This document shows, piece after piece, positions 62,565-64,000 of a stretch of 64,000 nucleotides of DNA (its first letter is position 1; the number at the start of each line of letters is the position of its first letter). The stretch lies in NCBI RefSeq assembly GCF_004010195.1, contig NC_057719.1, positions 50,138,302 to 50,202,301 of the forward strand, in the 5' to 3' direction. Under the pieces are notes generated by a model. The model searched no databases. It was not told the origin of the DNA and saw only the letters and a list, made by a program, of their open reading frames with translations. The translations under genes and the position numbers were made by a program. Source of the DNA: Chiloscyllium plagiosum (lineage: Eukaryota).

Positions 62565-62820
62565 TGGGTGACACAGTGGTTCAATTCCCGCCTCAGGCGA
62601 CTGTCTGTGTAGAGTTTGCACATTCTCCCCGTGTCTGCGTGGGTTTCCTCCCACAGCCAAAGATGTGCAGGTTAAGTGAATTGACATGCTAAATTGCCCA
62701 TAGTGTTAGGTGCAGGGGTAAATGTAGGGGAATCGGTCTGGGTGGGTGCGCTTCAGCGGGTCGGTGTGGACTTGTTGGGCCGAAGGGCCTGTTTCCACAC
62801 TGTAAGTAATCTAAATCTAA
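62565..62820 (+). repeat. HE1-type SINE (internally deleted)
   Basis: Same family as 56796-57133. Confidence 0.85.
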
Positions 62821-63107
62821 ATGGATTGTCTATGGTTAGAATTTTGTCATTAAAGTAGGAGCAGAAAGGAAATGGACAAAAATAGGCATAATGCAAGTGA
62901 AATGAATTGGTTAGTGTTAAGAATTCTCATCAACATTCCTTACAAGATGCGCAGCTGCCCAAGAGGTAGTTACTTCTGGTTTTCCCATGTGCTATTACAC
63001 ACAAACCTGGGAGGGCTACGCAGCAACTAGAGAATGTAGGTAGTAGATATGACAATTAGCCTTAACCTTTTAGTATTTGGCAAAGAAAAGAAGGTGGAGG
63101 AAATGGA

Positions 63108-63510
63108 ATGAGTTTAGAAGACTGAGAGGAGATCTGATTGAGACATATAAGATTATTAAAGGATTGGACACTCTGGAGGCAGGAAACCTGTTTCCGCTGA
63201 TGGGTGAATGCCGAACCAGAGGACACAGCTTAAAAATACGGGGTACACCATTTAGGACAGAGATGAGGAGAAACTTCTTCACCCAGAGAGTGGTGGCTGT
63301 GTGGAATGTTCTGCCCCAGAGGGCAGTGGAGGCCCAGTCTCTTGATTCATTTAAGAAAGAGTTGGATAGAGCTCTCCAGGATAGTGGAATCAAGGATTTA
63401 TGGAGATATAAGGCATGAACAGGATACTGATTAAGGATGATCATTCATGATCATATTGAATGGTGGTGCAGGCTTGAAGGGCAGAATGGCCTACTCCTGC
63501 ACCTATTCTC
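63108..63510 (+). mobile_element. CR1 3' fragment, near-identical to 33559-33951
   Basis: EFRRLRGDLIETYKIIKGLDTLEAGNLFPLMGECRTRGHSLK plus tail. Confidence 0.9.
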
Positions 63511-63834
63511 TAAAGGAACAGCTTTATTTAAGAGAGGTTCACCACTCATGATTGATATTCAGCAACTTCTGTTTAAAATGCATGTATCTGTCTGGCAAGT
63601 GCAAGAGTGGGCTATGCTACAGTGGTCTTTTGGACACATTCCCTACTGACATTATTCCAACTGATATTTTAAAGAAAGCAACTTTGGTGAAAAATAGTTC
63701 CCAATAACCACAGGACTGTGGAGTTGAGAGTTTGGGCTGGAGGTTGCAGATTACACTAACATGGTTATTTACTGATCATGCATTATGATCTTACATTTTT
63801 ATAACTGAAATTTACTAACCTGTAAGAATAGTTG

Positions 63835-64000
63835 ATTATTTGGTAAATGGAAAAACCCTATGGAAAAATTGATGTACAGAAAGATCTGGTGTTCAGGTCT
63901 ATTGTACCCTGAAGGTGGTAATGCAGGTTGATAGTGGTCAAGAAGGTATTCGGCATGCTTTCCTTCATCAGACGGGTATTGAGTACAAGAGTTGGCAGAT
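63835..64000 (+). repeat. CR1 fragment running off the window
   Basis: QKDLGVQV..LKV..QVD..VKK.FGMLSFI..IEYKSW. Confidence 0.7.

Overview
Repeat-rich vertebrate genomic DNA, most likely a shark (inferred from HE1-type SINEs and abundant CR1 and Penelope elements). Two protein-coding genes lie head-to-head. On the minus strand is an F-box/WD40 gene that I could not assign to a named orthologue. Eight coding exons were reconstructed by hand (34089->2313): D-domain, F-box, four WD repeats and the start of a fifth; the gene continues past the left edge. On the plus strand is PSMA3 (proteasome alpha-7 subunit), exons 1-4 at 49728->62138, continuing past the right edge. The ~15.6 kb between the start codons holds three intact tRNA genes: two identical, outward-facing tRNA-Lys(CTT) and an intron-containing tRNA-Tyr(GTA). 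The rest is mostly transposon-derived: a full-length decayed L1 with target-site duplication (TSD), many CR1s, RTE, Rex1/Babar, Penelope pieces with hammerhead-like motifs, a Buster-type hAT with terminal inverted repeats (TIR) and TSD, a two-gene Harbinger fossil and SINEs. All calls are manual; repeat boundaries without a TSD or TIR are approximate.
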